This document shows positions 1-9,764 of a DNA stretch of 64,000 bases, piece by piece. The notes beneath the pieces are model-generated. The model was given only the letters and a program-made list of their open reading frames with translations. It was not told the origin of the DNA and did not search any database. The stretch comes from Candidatus Latescibacterota bacterium (GTDB taxonomy: Bacteria; Latescibacterota; UBA2968; UBA8231). The stretch covers positions 96,001 to 160,000 of the forward strand of contig CBDCXV010000002.1 of the NCBI GenBank assembly GCA_965223905.1. The letters are read 5' to 3'. The translations under genes were made by a program, and so were the position numbers. Within the stretch, counting starts at the first letter, position 1, and each line of letters starts with the position of its first letter.

Positions 1-351
1 GACCTCCTCGACGCCGGGGACGAACAGATCCAGGTCAAGGTCAACGGCGTCGACGTGTTCCACCCCAACACCGGCGAGATCCGCAGCGACAGCGCCGACG
101 GCATCGCCTGCTGGTTCGTCGACAGCGACTACAACGAGGAGAGCTTCTTCGTCCGCCACGCCTACTTCCTCGGCGCCAACGATCCCTACAAGGCGCTGCG
201 GACGACGCTGAAGGCCGAGATCAACCAGGAAGCCTGGGAGACCCTGCACAGCGACATCTCCCGGCCTTTCTCCAAGCCGGCGTCGGGCCGGATTGGGGTG
301 AAGGTGATAAACCACTTGGGGGACGAAGTGATGAAGGTGTTTCGGGTGTGA
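1..351 (+). CDS. C-terminal part of a site-specific DNA methyltransferase (type III Mod-like), truncated by the window edge
   Basis: The frame is open from base 1 (DLLDAGDEQIQVKVNGVDVFHPNTGE...). 'IACWFVDSDYNEESFFVRHAYF' and 'GRIGVKVINHLGDEVMKVF' match the conserved C-terminus of large N6/N4 methyltransferases. Confidence 0.8.
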   Translation, partial: DLLDAGDEQIQVKVNGVDVFHPNTGEIRSDSADGIACWFVDSDYNEESFFVRHAYFLGANDPYKALRTTLKAEINQEAWETLHSDISRPFSKPASGRIGVKVINHLGDEVMKVFRV

Positions 352-364
352 GGGCGCATACTTG

Positions 365-853
365 ATGAAACCACGTGTATACATCGAAACAACGGTCATC
401 AGCTATCTGGCCGCCCGTCCTGCGCGTGACGTAGTCGTTGCCGGACATCAGCAGAGTACCCACGACTGGTGGGCGACTGCGCCGGAAAGGTTCGAGTTGG
501 TCATCTCCGAGTTGGTCCGCCAAGAGGCAGGGACCGGGGATCCTGACGCAGTTCGAGCCCGGCTCTCCGTGCTCACTTCACTTGCGCCGCTTGACGCAAC
601 TGCGGAAGCGCAGGAATTAGCCGAGAGGCTGATGAGTGCCGGGGCCGTGCCCGAGGAGGCAATGCGAGACGCCGCGCACATTGGTATCGCCGCGGCCAAC
701 GGTGTCGAATACCTCGTCACTTGGAATTTCCGCCACATCGCCAACGCCGTGACAAGGCCGCGGATTGAGTTTGTATGTCGGCAAGCTGGATTCGAATCTC
801 CCGTAATCTGCACTCCTGAAGAACTGCTGGAGGACATCAACGATGAGAAATGA
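365..853 (+). CDS. PIN-domain (VapC-like) protein
   Basis: N-terminal VYIETTVISYL and C-terminal DAAHIGIAA...YLVTWNFRHIAN...ICTPEEL, typical PIN motifs. Confidence 0.85.
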   Translation: MKPRVYIETTVISYLAARPARDVVVAGHQQSTHDWWATAPERFELVISELVRQEAGTGDPDAVRARLSVLTSLAPLDATAEAQELAERLMSAGAVPEEAMRDAAHIGIAAANGVEYLVTWNFRHIANAVTRPRIEFVCRQAGFESPVICTPEELLEDINDEK

Positions 854-1034
854 CCCTATCGTGGCTGAAGTCCGCGAAATACGGAACGAACTTGCCGCTC
901 AGTGCGGTTACGACCTCAAGGAGATCTTCCGAAGTGTCCGGGAACAACAGGCCAATTCGGGCCTGGAATACGTGCGCTACCCGGCCCGACGGGTGGTTCC
1001 AACGGAAGGCGCGCAAGCGCCGGATCCAGATTGA
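843..1034 (+). CDS. Small hypothetical protein, probable partner of the upstream PIN protein
   Basis: Overlaps the PIN stop. 'DPIVAEVREIRNELAAQCGYDLKEIF' resembles the small proteins commonly found after this PIN subfamily. Confidence 0.7.
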   Translation: MRNDPIVAEVREIRNELAAQCGYDLKEIFRSVREQQANSGLEYVRYPARRVVPTEGAQAPDPD

Positions 1035-1039
1035 AAGCC

Positions 1040-3331
1040 TTACACCCCCACCCTGAACTCCCCCCCGCCCGCCGGCACCACAGCTGAGGCGAAGGCACAG
1101 CCGCCCTCCCGCGGAAAGGCGACCCTGACGCGGCAGGGGTAGTCCCAGTCGGTCGCCACCCTGCCGTCGGCCTCTCCCTCTCCGGGGCGCCACTCGACGA
1201 CCTCCGCCCCACCGCCCGAGAAGCTGAGATCGGTGCCGGCCAGCACGGGCCCGTCGCCCCGCCAGGGGGCGATCCGCAGCAGCCGGCTGGCGTGCGGGGC
1301 AACGAGGCCGAGGTCGATGCTCTCGCCGGCGGCGGCCACCCCGATCGCTGCATCGGTGAAGAACTCCGTAACCAGGAAGCGGTCGGCCTGCAGCCCGCCT
1401 ACGACCTCCCCGGCAAGGCTCGCCTGCATCCGTTGCGGGGCGTCGCTCCAGTTTATAAGGGCGAGGGTGTTCCACGGTTCGAGGCCGCGGCACCGGGGCG
1501 TCACCCGGGTGACGAGCTGCGACGGGGCCACCGGCTCGAACGGGTCGAGCGGCACCGCGGGGGATCCGATCGAAGGAATGGCGTGGCGCAGCAGGGCGCG
1601 CCGGTCCTCGTCGAGATGGCGGAACGCCTCTCCCAGGCAGATGAGCTGGCCGCCGAGGTACTGGTTCAGAACCACGGTCCGCGCCTCGTCGTCGCTCAAC
1701 CTGCCGAGGGTGTAGGAGCCCATGGCCCCCTCGACCAGCGGCTCTTCTCGCCTCCGCAGCAGCATGGCGTCCGGGTCGACGTGCCAGAGCCGGTGCATCC
1801 AGGTGCGCAGCAGGTTCTGCTTGATGCGCGGCTTCATGACCTCCCACCAGCCGCGCACGTCGCTGCCGCTGCGCTGGGCGTCGGCCAGTCCGAGCGAGCC
1901 GCCGAAGTGCCCGCCGCAGACGCAGAGGTAGGCGCCCGGGCCGGCGCCGCGTCGGATCGCCTCCAGGCCGCGGCGATAGGCCTCGAGCCGCGTCGCCGAC
2001 GGGTCGCGGAAGCGGATGCCGGGGTTGTTGAAGATGCCGCGCATGAAATCGAACTTGTGGTAGCGGTAGCCCCAGTCGCGGGTCAGGGTGCGGTAGAGGC
2101 GATCGAGGTGGCCGCAGGCACCGGGGGCGGTGGTGTCGAGGACGTAGCCGTTCATGTACTCGTAGCGCTCTCCGTCCGCGGTCGTCGCCATCCAGTCGGG
2201 ATGTTCCCTGGCCAGCGGCGACTCCGGGTGGACGGTGTAGGGCGCCGTCCACAGCGCCGGGCCGTACCCCAAATCCGCGATTCGCGCGGCAGCCGCCTTC
2301 ATGCCGCCCGGCCACCTTTCCGGGTCGGGCTCCCAGTCCCCACGGGACCGCTCCCAGCCCCCGTCGATCAGGAAGAAATCCATCGGCACGCGCCGGGCCG
2401 CGAGATCGGCTATGTCCTGATCGAACAGCTCTTCGCTGTAGGATTCGCCGTACGCCGAGAAGGAGCACCATACCGCCGGCGGCGAGGGGGCCGGGGCGAC
2501 GTCGTGGTAGACGCCGACGCGGTCGGCGAATTCCGCGATCAGCCGGTTGGTTTCGCCGGCGGCGATCAGCAGCCACTGGCTCGCGCGCTGTTCGCCCGGC
2601 TTCACCTCCACGCCGTCGAGCTCGCATTCAGCAGTGAGCTGCTCCAGCCGGACGCCGCCCTCCTCTTCGTCGGCGAACTGCAGCAGGATGCGGGCCAGGT
2701 GCCCGGTCTGGCTGAGGTAGCCGATCAGCAGCGCCGCAGCCGCGCCCTCCCCCCGGGGGCGCAGCATGCAGAAGGGATCGGCGCGGATCAGGGTGGTCCC
2801 CTCGCCGGCCTCGGGGAGCGCCTCCCCCGTGGGGCCGACCGGTTTGACCGCCATCTCCAGATCGGCGTCGCCGACCCCGGGGCGGAAGGAGGTGGGGCCG
2901 TCGTTCTTGAAGCGCTTCTGCACGAGGACGTCCCAGCCCCCGGCGCCGCGGCCCGCCAGCAGCAGGCTCTCCGGTCCGTCGCATTGCAGCGGCATCAGCG
3001 CCCGCAGCCGGACCGGGCGTCCGCCGCGGTTGACCAGGACCTGCCGGACCGCGGCCGAGTCCCCGGAATGCGCCAGCCACACCTCCCGCCGGAGCTCGTA
3101 CCCGGGAGCTTCGAAGCGGTCGGCGACGACTGCACCGGCGACCCCGGCGAGCTCGAGCGGCTCTTCCTGGCGGCCGGCGTGCCGCCATTCCCGGGTCGGG
3201 GCCGGTTCGGCCTGGGGCGATGTCCAGGTGCTGCGGATGCTGGCGACCTCGCCCTGCTCAAGGGCAGTCGCGGTCAGCCGCCACGGCGCTGCCGCGGCCG
3301 GAAGGTCGATCTCGATTCGAGCCGTGGTCAT
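1040..3331 (-). CDS. Alpha-galactosidase-like glycoside hydrolase (GH36)
   Basis: 763 aa with FLIDGGW, GDWEPDPERWPGGMK, ALWTAPY, YHKFDF (nucleophile) and WHVDPD motifs. Confidence 0.85.
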   Translation of the reverse strand: MTTARIEIDLPAAAAPWRLTATALEQGEVASIRSTWTSPQAEPAPTREWRHAGRQEEPLELAGVAGAVVADRFEAPGYELRREVWLAHSGDSAAVRQVLVNRGGRPVRLRALMPLQCDGPESLLLAGRGAGGWDVLVQKRFKNDGPTSFRPGVGDADLEMAVKPVGPTGEALPEAGEGTTLIRADPFCMLRPRGEGAAAALLIGYLSQTGHLARILLQFADEEEGGVRLEQLTAECELDGVEVKPGEQRASQWLLIAAGETNRLIAEFADRVGVYHDVAPAPSPPAVWCSFSAYGESYSEELFDQDIADLAARRVPMDFFLIDGGWERSRGDWEPDPERWPGGMKAAAARIADLGYGPALWTAPYTVHPESPLAREHPDWMATTADGERYEYMNGYVLDTTAPGACGHLDRLYRTLTRDWGYRYHKFDFMRGIFNNPGIRFRDPSATRLEAYRRGLEAIRRGAGPGAYLCVCGGHFGGSLGLADAQRSGSDVRGWWEVMKPRIKQNLLRTWMHRLWHVDPDAMLLRRREEPLVEGAMGSYTLGRLSDDEARTVVLNQYLGGQLICLGEAFRHLDEDRRALLRHAIPSIGSPAVPLDPFEPVAPSQLVTRVTPRCRGLEPWNTLALINWSDAPQRMQASLAGEVVGGLQADRFLVTEFFTDAAIGVAAAGESIDLGLVAPHASRLLRIAPWRGDGPVLAGTDLSFSGGGAEVVEWRPGEGEADGRVATDWDYPCRVRVAFPREGGCAFASAVVPAGGGEFRVGV

Positions 3332-3615
3332 GGGAACCGGGGCGGCCTTTTCACCGCATCGCGCAAGCCGCTGATGCTGCGAAACCCCACCAGCATGCGC
3401 TCATCGTCGACGGCCGCCATCCGCCTGCACTCTGGGCGAGCGGGGAAACGGGAAATTCCAACGGATGATGCCATCCGCTTCCTCCGGGTCAATCCATTCT
3501 TCCTTTCCTTCATACCGGGAAGTTGCCGCCGCGAGGGCTCGGCGACTTCGGCTGGAGATCTCGTGTCGCGTCCCAGGAATTCCTTGCAATTTTTCAAGTT
3601 ATCCGTGGGACGCGA

Positions 3616-3864
3616 CTAGTGTATAGTCTCAGAGATAGCTATCATAATTCGAAGTTCTGGTGATCAGACTCGAAAGCAATTGGCCATAGTCTCAGCGGCG
3701 ATTCGATGCGGTTCCTTCGCCAAAATGAAGAAATTGGTCCGTCGAATTGAGCGATTTGCAGACCACTGGGACCAAAACGCTCGCTCCTTTGTCTGGAGGC
3801 CCACCGCAGAATCCGGGTAAAGATCAAACGACTTAATTCAGGAATCTCTGCGACGAGACACTAG
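3616..3864 (+). mobile_element. Internally deleted IS630-family remnant (MITE-like)
   Basis: Terminal IRs ctagtgtatagtctcagagat (3616-3636) and atctctgcgacgagacactag (3844-3864), 18/21 match. The interior translates to AIRCGSFAKMKKLVRRIERFADHWDQNARSFVWRPTAES...KIKRLNSGISATRH*, like an IS630 transposase C-terminus. AT-richer than its flanks. Confidence 0.75.
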
Positions 3865-3909
3865 CCCGGGGTTCAGAACTTCCCTGCTTGCCGGCGGCGC
3901 TGCACCTCA

Positions 3910-3984
3910 ACAGCCCGTTGAAAACGTCCATCCGGGCTGCGGCCTGCCCTTGCGGCCTCGCCTGCAGAGCAACTTAACGGGCTG
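3910..3984. repeat. Short element bounded by an inverted repeat
   Basis: acagcccgtt (3910-3919) and aacgggctgt (3975-3984), a perfect 10-bp IR. Confidence 0.45.
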
Positions 3985-4045
3985 TCAGGGCAACCCCTTC
4001 AACCTCCGGGCCCCGTCAATGGTCCCCCAACAGGAGGTTCGAGAC

Positions 4046-7000
4046 ATGAACAGATCGCGCACCCGGCTTCTCATCGCCGTTCTGGCCGGCCTTGGTTCGG
4101 GGCTCTGGGCGGATGAGCCGCCCCCCGAGCTCCACGACGGCGCCTACCTGCACGAAATCAGGACGGAAATCGAAACCCCCCACGTAAAGTGGCTCAAGCC
4201 CGGCGCCGGGCCTGCTCCGAAGGTCCTGTTCCTGGTCCACAGGGTGTGGGGAAATTCAACCGCCATGCGCTCTCGCGACGTGGTGGAAATATGGCAGCGC
4301 ATGGACCTCGAATACGAAGCTTTCGTCTTCATAACCAACGAGAGTGAACGCGACCGCTGGGAATACAACATCGCCGGTTCGAGCACCGGGGAGAAGAGGG
4401 AGGAGGCCATCCGCAAGCTCAAGGACGACTACGATGCCATCGTGCTCATCGACTTCGTCGTGGGCTGGCTGCCCGAAGAGGCTCAGAACCTGCTGCGCAG
4501 CAAGGTGCAGGCCGGATGCGGCCTGGTCCTGGCCAACAAAAGCGACGACTTCCCCTGGCCCCTGGAAGCGATCCCCGACAGCACCGGCTTCATGGAGGGC
4601 GTACCGCTCACGCAGATTCCCGCGTACGGGGGAGAGGCGCGGGCAATGGGGGAAGAGGTGCCCTCCTGGGAGGAGGTCGCGCCCGCGGTCGGACAGGCCT
4701 ACAGGTTCGGCCAGGGCCGGGTGGCCCGGATCAACCCCGGGCGCTACGGCGTCGACCCGGAGGACGAGACGCACCTGGAATACGGCTGTTCCCTCTACAT
4801 CCGCGCGCTGCAGTGGGTCGTACCCGGCCTGAAGCCGGCCTTTGCCTGGAATGATCTTCCCGAGGGGGCCGTGATTCCGCGGGCGGACCTGCCGCTGGAC
4901 GGGCTGCCCCTCACCGTCCACTCGACCCTGCCGCAGTCCGCGTCGGTCCGTCTCGACATGGCCATCCGCAACCGGTTCAACGAGGTGGAACACGAAAGCT
5001 GGTCGGAGCCGACCCTCGAACCGGGCGACAACGCCCTCGAGTACGCTCTGCCCCTGCTTCCCGCGGGCCGCCATTTCCTCGACCTGTGGGTCCGCTCCGC
5101 CAACGGCATCGAGCAGTACGGCAGCGTGGGTCTGACAGTGAGCTCGCCGGTGCGTATCGACAGCATCGTCTTCGATTCGCCGTTCCACCGGCTGGGAGAC
5201 GAGCACGCCGACGTGTCGGTTGCGCTGACCTCCTCGCTGGCCGAGGCGGCCGAGGTGCGCCTTACCGCGACCGACACCTATGGCCGGCTCATCGCCGACG
5301 TGACGGCGCCGGTTGCGGCCGGGGCGGCCGCGGTCGCGGTGCGGCTGCCGCTTTCGCTCACCGTTGCCATGGCTCAATGGGTTCGAGCAGAGCTTCGCAG
5401 GGATGGCCAGGTGCTGGACATGGACCAGGAGCTGCTCATCGTGGGGCGCAGCGGACCGCCGGAGTATCCCTCCATACTCTGGAACGGAACCGAAGGCGGG
5501 CTCCACGGTCTCCGGCAACTCCGCCGCCAGCGCCAGGCGGGTTTCAACCTGTGTTTGAGCCACGTCGATTTCCAGGGGAACACGGCTCGCACAGCAGCCC
5601 TGGCCGACATGCAGATGTTCATCTACGCGACTCACGTATCGTCGGTGTCCGATGGCGTGGAGGGCAAGGCCACCAACCCCGAGTACATGCGCACGTGGAA
5701 GGAGAAAGTGCTCGCGCGGACCCGGCACACCGCGCCCTACACCCCGTACGTGTACTCGCTGGGAGACGAATGTCACGCCGGCGGTGCGGAGCAGCCGTTT
5801 GCGCCCTCCGACGTGGCGGCTTTCCGGGAGTTTCTCAAGACCCGGTACCGCGACCTGGCCGATCTGAACCAGGTCTGGGGCACGGCCTATGCCTCCTTCG
5901 ACGAGATCGAGCCGGTGGACTGGGACATGGCCGAGGGCGCGGCGTTCCATCCGCAGAAACACGAGCGCGCCTCTTTCGTGGAAATGCTCTACGCGTGGAT
6001 GATGCACGAGATGGACGCGGCCCTGACCCGGATGGATCCCACCGCCCGGGTCGGCGCCGAAGGCTCACGGCCCGGCGACCTGGAGCTGACCTTGGAAGGG
6101 CTGGAAGTGTGGGGGCCGTACGCCGACCGGCGCTTCGACGTACTGCTGACCTCCCTGGCTCCCAGGGACCTGGTGCAGGGCATGTGGTGGGGAGGGTACC
6201 ACACCGGCAGCTTACCCCGGTGGAAGCGCATAGACAGGTTGTGGACCATGATCCTGGAGGGGGTGTGCAACACCAACTACTTCTTCGACGGCCTCACGGG
6301 TCATCACGAGGGCAACGCCAGCCCGGATCTGAGCTGGGCCGGCTACTTCGAGCGCAACATCCCGGAACTGCGCACGATCTACGAGGGGCCGGGGCCCCTG
6401 CTCTCGGCGGCCGGGATCCACGACAATGGCGTCGCCCTGCTGTGGTCTCAGGCCTCGGAGCATGCCGGGGGATTCTACGATGCCCATTGGAAATGGATCC
6501 CCTCCGGGCTGATGCCGTTTCCGCCGAGTCCGGACGAAATGAAAGGCATGTTCGCGCCGCTGGATGCCAGCGGGGTCAACTATCGCTTCATCACCGACCG
6601 TCAACTGGTCCGCGACGGGTTGAGCCCCGGCGAGGTCAAGCTGCTCCTGCTGCCCATGACCACGGCGGTCTCCCGCGCCGTCGCCGCGGAGCTCGAAAGC
6701 TATGTCGAACAGGGCGGAGTTCTGTTGTCGGTGGGCTCGTCAGGCCTGATGGACGAGCACTGCCGCATCCTGGAACGCGGCCGGCTCGACAGCCTGCTCG
6801 GCCTTCGGCGCGCGGGCCCCGCGGAGGCCGCGGAGGTCGGCTTCTCCGGCCGCTTCGACCTGCTTGGCACCCCGCTCGAGGTCGAGGTTCCCGGTATGAT
6901 CGCCGACGCCTCGCTGCGGCCCGACGGGGCGGCCGCGGTGGTCTCTGCCGGGGAGGTGCCGCTGTTGCTGGTCAAGGAGGTGGGCAAGGGCGCTGCCGTG

Positions 7001-7621
7001 TATCTGAACGGCTCCTTCGCCCACTTGGCCAGGCGCGGCGATCCAGGGGTGGACGCGGCCAGGGGCATGGTGTCTGCCCTGCTGGCCCGGGCCGGGGTGA
7101 CACGGCTGTTCGCGCTGGAGCCCCCCGAGGCCGCCCGCGCCTACGCCTTCACGCTCGGGGACGTCGTCCTGCTCTCGGTGATTCGCCGCGGGGATCTCAG
7201 CGTGCCGGCCTCCATCCGCCTGAACGCTTCCAGGCACCTGTACGATACCATGAGCGGGCGCTACATCGGACAAAGCCGGGCGATCCAGCTCGCGTCCGAG
7301 GGTCGGGGCTTCGAGCTCTACTGCCTGGCTGAAGACCGTCTTCCGGGCATTGCCCTGGACATCCCGGGCTCGGCATTGCGGGGTGAGATGTTGGGAATCG
7401 AGGCGCGGCTGCCCGGCGGCCGGGACCGCCTCGTGCGCATGGACGTGTACGATCCTGGCGGGAAGTGGCGCCCATACTACCGCCGCTTCGCCTCCATGGC
7501 CGGAGACAGCGCCGGGTTCACGGTGCCGTTCGCTTACAACGACCTGCCGGGGGCATGGACCGTCCGCGTTACGGATGTCGCGTCCGGCAGCTCCGAGGAG
7601 CATCGGGTCGCCCTGGAATGA
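4046..7621 (+). CDS. Large secreted beta-galactosidase-like glycoside hydrolase (GH42-like with trimerisation domain)
   Basis: RBS ggagg before ATG 4046 and a signal-peptide-like N-terminus. Contains YSLGDE, 'AFREFLKTRYRDLADLNQVWGTAYASFDEI' and 'LESYVEQGGVLL'. Confidence 0.75.
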   Translation: MNRSRTRLLIAVLAGLGSGLWADEPPPELHDGAYLHEIRTEIETPHVKWLKPGAGPAPKVLFLVHRVWGNSTAMRSRDVVEIWQRMDLEYEAFVFITNESERDRWEYNIAGSSTGEKREEAIRKLKDDYDAIVLIDFVVGWLPEEAQNLLRSKVQAGCGLVLANKSDDFPWPLEAIPDSTGFMEGVPLTQIPAYGGEARAMGEEVPSWEEVAPAVGQAYRFGQGRVARINPGRYGVDPEDETHLEYGCSLYIRALQWVVPGLKPAFAWNDLPEGAVIPRADLPLDGLPLTVHSTLPQSASVRLDMAIRNRFNEVEHESWSEPTLEPGDNALEYALPLLPAGRHFLDLWVRSANGIEQYGSVGLTVSSPVRIDSIVFDSPFHRLGDEHADVSVALTSSLAEAAEVRLTATDTYGRLIADVTAPVAAGAAAVAVRLPLSLTVAMAQWVRAELRRDGQVLDMDQELLIVGRSGPPEYPSILWNGTEGGLHGLRQLRRQRQAGFNLCLSHVDFQGNTARTAALADMQMFIYATHVSSVSDGVEGKATNPEYMRTWKEKVLARTRHTAPYTPYVYSLGDECHAGGAEQPFAPSDVAAFREFLKTRYRDLADLNQVWGTAYASFDEIEPVDWDMAEGAAFHPQKHERASFVEMLYAWMMHEMDAALTRMDPTARVGAEGSRPGDLELTLEGLEVWGPYADRRFDVLLTSLAPRDLVQGMWWGGYHTGSLPRWKRIDRLWTMILEGVCNTNYFFDGLTGHHEGNASPDLSWAGYFERNIPELRTIYEGPGPLLSAAGIHDNGVALLWSQASEHAGGFYDAHWKWIPSGLMPFPPSPDEMKGMFAPLDASGVNYRFITDRQLVRDGLSPGEVKLLLLPMTTAVSRAVAAELESYVEQGGVLLSVGSSGLMDEHCRILERGRLDSLLGLRRAGPAEAAEVGFSGRFDLLGTPLEVEVPGMIADASLRPDGAAAVVSAGEVPLLLVKEVGKGAAVYLNGSFAHLARRGDPGVDAARGMVSALLARAGVTRLFALEPPEAARAYAFTLGDVVLLSVIRRGDLSVPASIRLNASRHLYDTMSGRYIGQSRAIQLASEGRGFELYCLAEDRLPGIALDIPGSALRGEMLGIEARLPGGRDRLVRMDVYDPGGKWRPYYRRFASMAGDSAGFTVPFAYNDLPGAWTVRVTDVASGSSEEHRVALE

Positions 7622-7678
7622 GGTGCGAGCCTGCGCAGCGATCCTGGCGGGCGCGGAAACGGCCCGCCCCTCCTTTTC

Positions 7679-7713
7679 TTGCCTGCATCACCCTCATGCC
7701 TACAATGCAGGCA
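7679..7713 (+). promoter_or_regulatory. Sigma70-like promoter with an overlapping palindromic operator (toxin-antitoxin autoregulation)
   Basis: TTGCCT (7679-84), 16-nt spacer, TACAAT (7701-06), ATG at 7713. Perfect IR tgcctgcat (7680-88) / atgcaggca (7705-13). Confidence 0.6.
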
Positions 7714-8074
7714 TGGCCATCCTCAACATCCGCAGACTCAGCGACGACGTGCACGCCCGACTCCGCATCCGCGCCGCCCGGGCCGGCCGCAGCATGGAGG
7801 CCGAGGCCCGGGAAATCCTCGCCCGCGCCTGCGCCGGCGGTTACGACGCACCCGAGGGCGGCAGCCAGGTTCGGGACGCCGCCGGTCCCGGCCTTTCCCT
7901 CCACCTGACTCCCGGGCAGTTGCAGTCTGCGCAGCGCTGCCGCCAAGCGCCGGGGGACGACCCTGGAGGATCTCCTGCGGCAGCTCCTCGAGCGCGAGCT
8001 GGCTGCAGACGATGCAGGCCGGTGGAGACTCCGGAGGGGCCGCCTGGACACGCGACGAGATCCATCGTGTGTAG
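7713..8074 (+). pseudogene. FitA/Arc-like ribbon-helix-helix antitoxin, frameshifted
   Basis: Starts MAILNIRRLSDDVHARLRIRAARAGRSMEAEAREIL (FitA-like). A second RHH-like piece (AAAKRRGTTLEDLLRQLLERE) and an antitoxin-like tail (WTRDEIHRV*) lie in other frames. Confidence 0.65.
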
Positions 8075-8130
8075 TTCCTGCGCGCGCAATTCCGCGTGAA
8101 TTCGGCCGCTGACTTACGCGCGCAGGCACT

Positions 8131-8514
8131 ATGACCGGCCTCGTCTTCCTCGATACGAACGTCCTCATCTACACCGCCGACCGGCACGACCCCGTCCGTC
8201 AGCAACGCTGCCGTTCACACCTGAAGGCTTTGAGGGCATCGGGCCGCGCCGTCATCTCCACCCAGGTGCTGCAGGAGTTCTACGTGGTCGCCATTCGCAA
8301 GCTCGGCATCGCACCGCCGAAAGCGCGAGAAATCCTTCAGGCCATCGCCTGTCACCAGGCCGACTGGATCTCTTTCCGGGACGCCCTCATCATCGCCGCC
8401 GCCGGAAGCGCCGGCTGCGCCACTTTGCTCTCCGAGGACCTCAACGCAGGGCAGACCATCCGCGGCGTCCGCATCGAGAGCCCGTCGACCTGGAAAGTCG
8501 ACCCCGCCGCCTAG
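8131..8514 (+). CDS. VapC/PIN toxin, possibly with an internal deletion
   Basis: VFLDTNVLIY, ISTQVLQEFY, SFRDALIIAAA and LLSEDLNAGQ motifs. The segment before ISFRDA looks shorter than usual. Confidence 0.8.
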   Translation: MTGLVFLDTNVLIYTADRHDPVRQQRCRSHLKALRASGRAVISTQVLQEFYVVAIRKLGIAPPKAREILQAIACHQADWISFRDALIIAAAGSAGCATLLSEDLNAGQTIRGVRIESPSTWKVDPAA

Positions 8515-8623
8515 GCTACCGGCCGACCACCTCCCTGCTGCAACCCCCCATACAGAGCGAGGTCGCCTGGAGCCCTGCGCCCGTGGAGACAGCAGCGCAG
8601 GGACCGGATGCCGGCGCCGCCAC

Positions 8624-9634
8624 TCACTCCCGGGCGACGAACTGGATCCAGAGCGGAGCCCCGCCGACGTCGTGGCGCTCGAGCGTCTCGAGGGAGCCGT
8701 CGGACGGATCGATCCGGTACGAGACCAGCCGGTTCGAGTCCTGGCCCGCGGAGTAGAGGTAGCGTCCGCCCGGGGCGATGTCGAAGAACCGCGGCGTCGC
8801 CTCGGTCTCGAAGTTGCCCTTTGCGGTCAGCCTGCCGTCGCCGCCGACCTCGAACAGCGCCAGGGTGTCGTGGCCTCGGTTCGAGGCGTACAGGTGGCGG
8901 CCGTCCCCGGAGATCCGGATCTCGGCCGTGGACTTGCCTTCGAGATCGGTCCCTTCCGGCACCGTCGGGATCAGCTGAAACGGCTCGAGGGTTCCCCTGT
9001 CCGGGTCGAAGCGGAAGGCGGAGACGGTGCTGCCGTTCTCGTTGACGGAGTAGAGGAAATCCCCCTGCGGGTGGAAGACGAAGTGGCGCGGCCCTTCTTC
9101 GCTGTCCGGCCTGGCGACCGGCGGGTCGTTGGGGGTCAGCTCGCCGCTGTCTTCGTCGAAGCGGAACTGGTGGATGGAGTTCGCCGGGTTGGTGTGCGGC
9201 ACGAAGGCGAAGCGGTTGCTGCGGTCGGTCTGGATGCTGTGGGCGTGGGTCTCGGTGTCGAGCCACTGCAGCTGTTCCCCCACGGTTCCGTCGGCCTCGA
9301 TGCGGTGCGACGACACCCCGGCCGCCCCGTAGTAGGCGGCCAGCAGAAAGCGGCCGGTATTGTCGAGGCAGAGGTAGGGCGGGCCTTCGACGAGGGCCGC
9401 CGACCCCGTCCTGGTGAGGGCGCCCGAATCCTTGTCGACCTGGAAGCTGACGACCTCGCTGTTCGGACGCAGGCAGACGTACATCACCGTCTCCGCGGAG
9501 TTGGTCGCCACCGCTCCGGGAGCGCCGCCGAGGTCGATGTCGGACTGGGGGGTGAGCTTTCCCGAGTCCTCGTCCATGATGAAGTGGGACAGGAACTCGC
9601 TTCCAGAGTTCGAGACGTACAGGTGACGGGCCAT
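8624..9634 (-). CDS. pgl: 6-phosphogluconolactonase / lactonase family beta-propeller
   Basis: HAHSI, GPRHFVFHP, LYASNRGHDTLA and PRFFDI motifs. Confidence 0.85.
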   Translation of the reverse strand: MARHLYVSNSGSEFLSHFIMDEDSGKLTPQSDIDLGGAPGAVATNSAETVMYVCLRPNSEVVSFQVDKDSGALTRTGSAALVEGPPYLCLDNTGRFLLAAYYGAAGVSSHRIEADGTVGEQLQWLDTETHAHSIQTDRSNRFAFVPHTNPANSIHQFRFDEDSGELTPNDPPVARPDSEEGPRHFVFHPQGDFLYSVNENGSTVSAFRFDPDRGTLEPFQLIPTVPEGTDLEGKSTAEIRISGDGRHLYASNRGHDTLALFEVGGDGRLTAKGNFETEATPRFFDIAPGGRYLYSAGQDSNRLVSYRIDPSDGSLETLERHDVGGAPLWIQFVARE

Positions 9635-9764
9635 TTCATTGCTCCTTTCGATCGCTTGGGCGGCTCCGCAGAGCCGCAGGTTGGGATTTTCGTTTTATGA
9701 GTCTCGGCGCAGGTTTCTCATCCCCGCAATCCCGCCGCCACAGGCACGGCAGCTCCCGGGGGCG

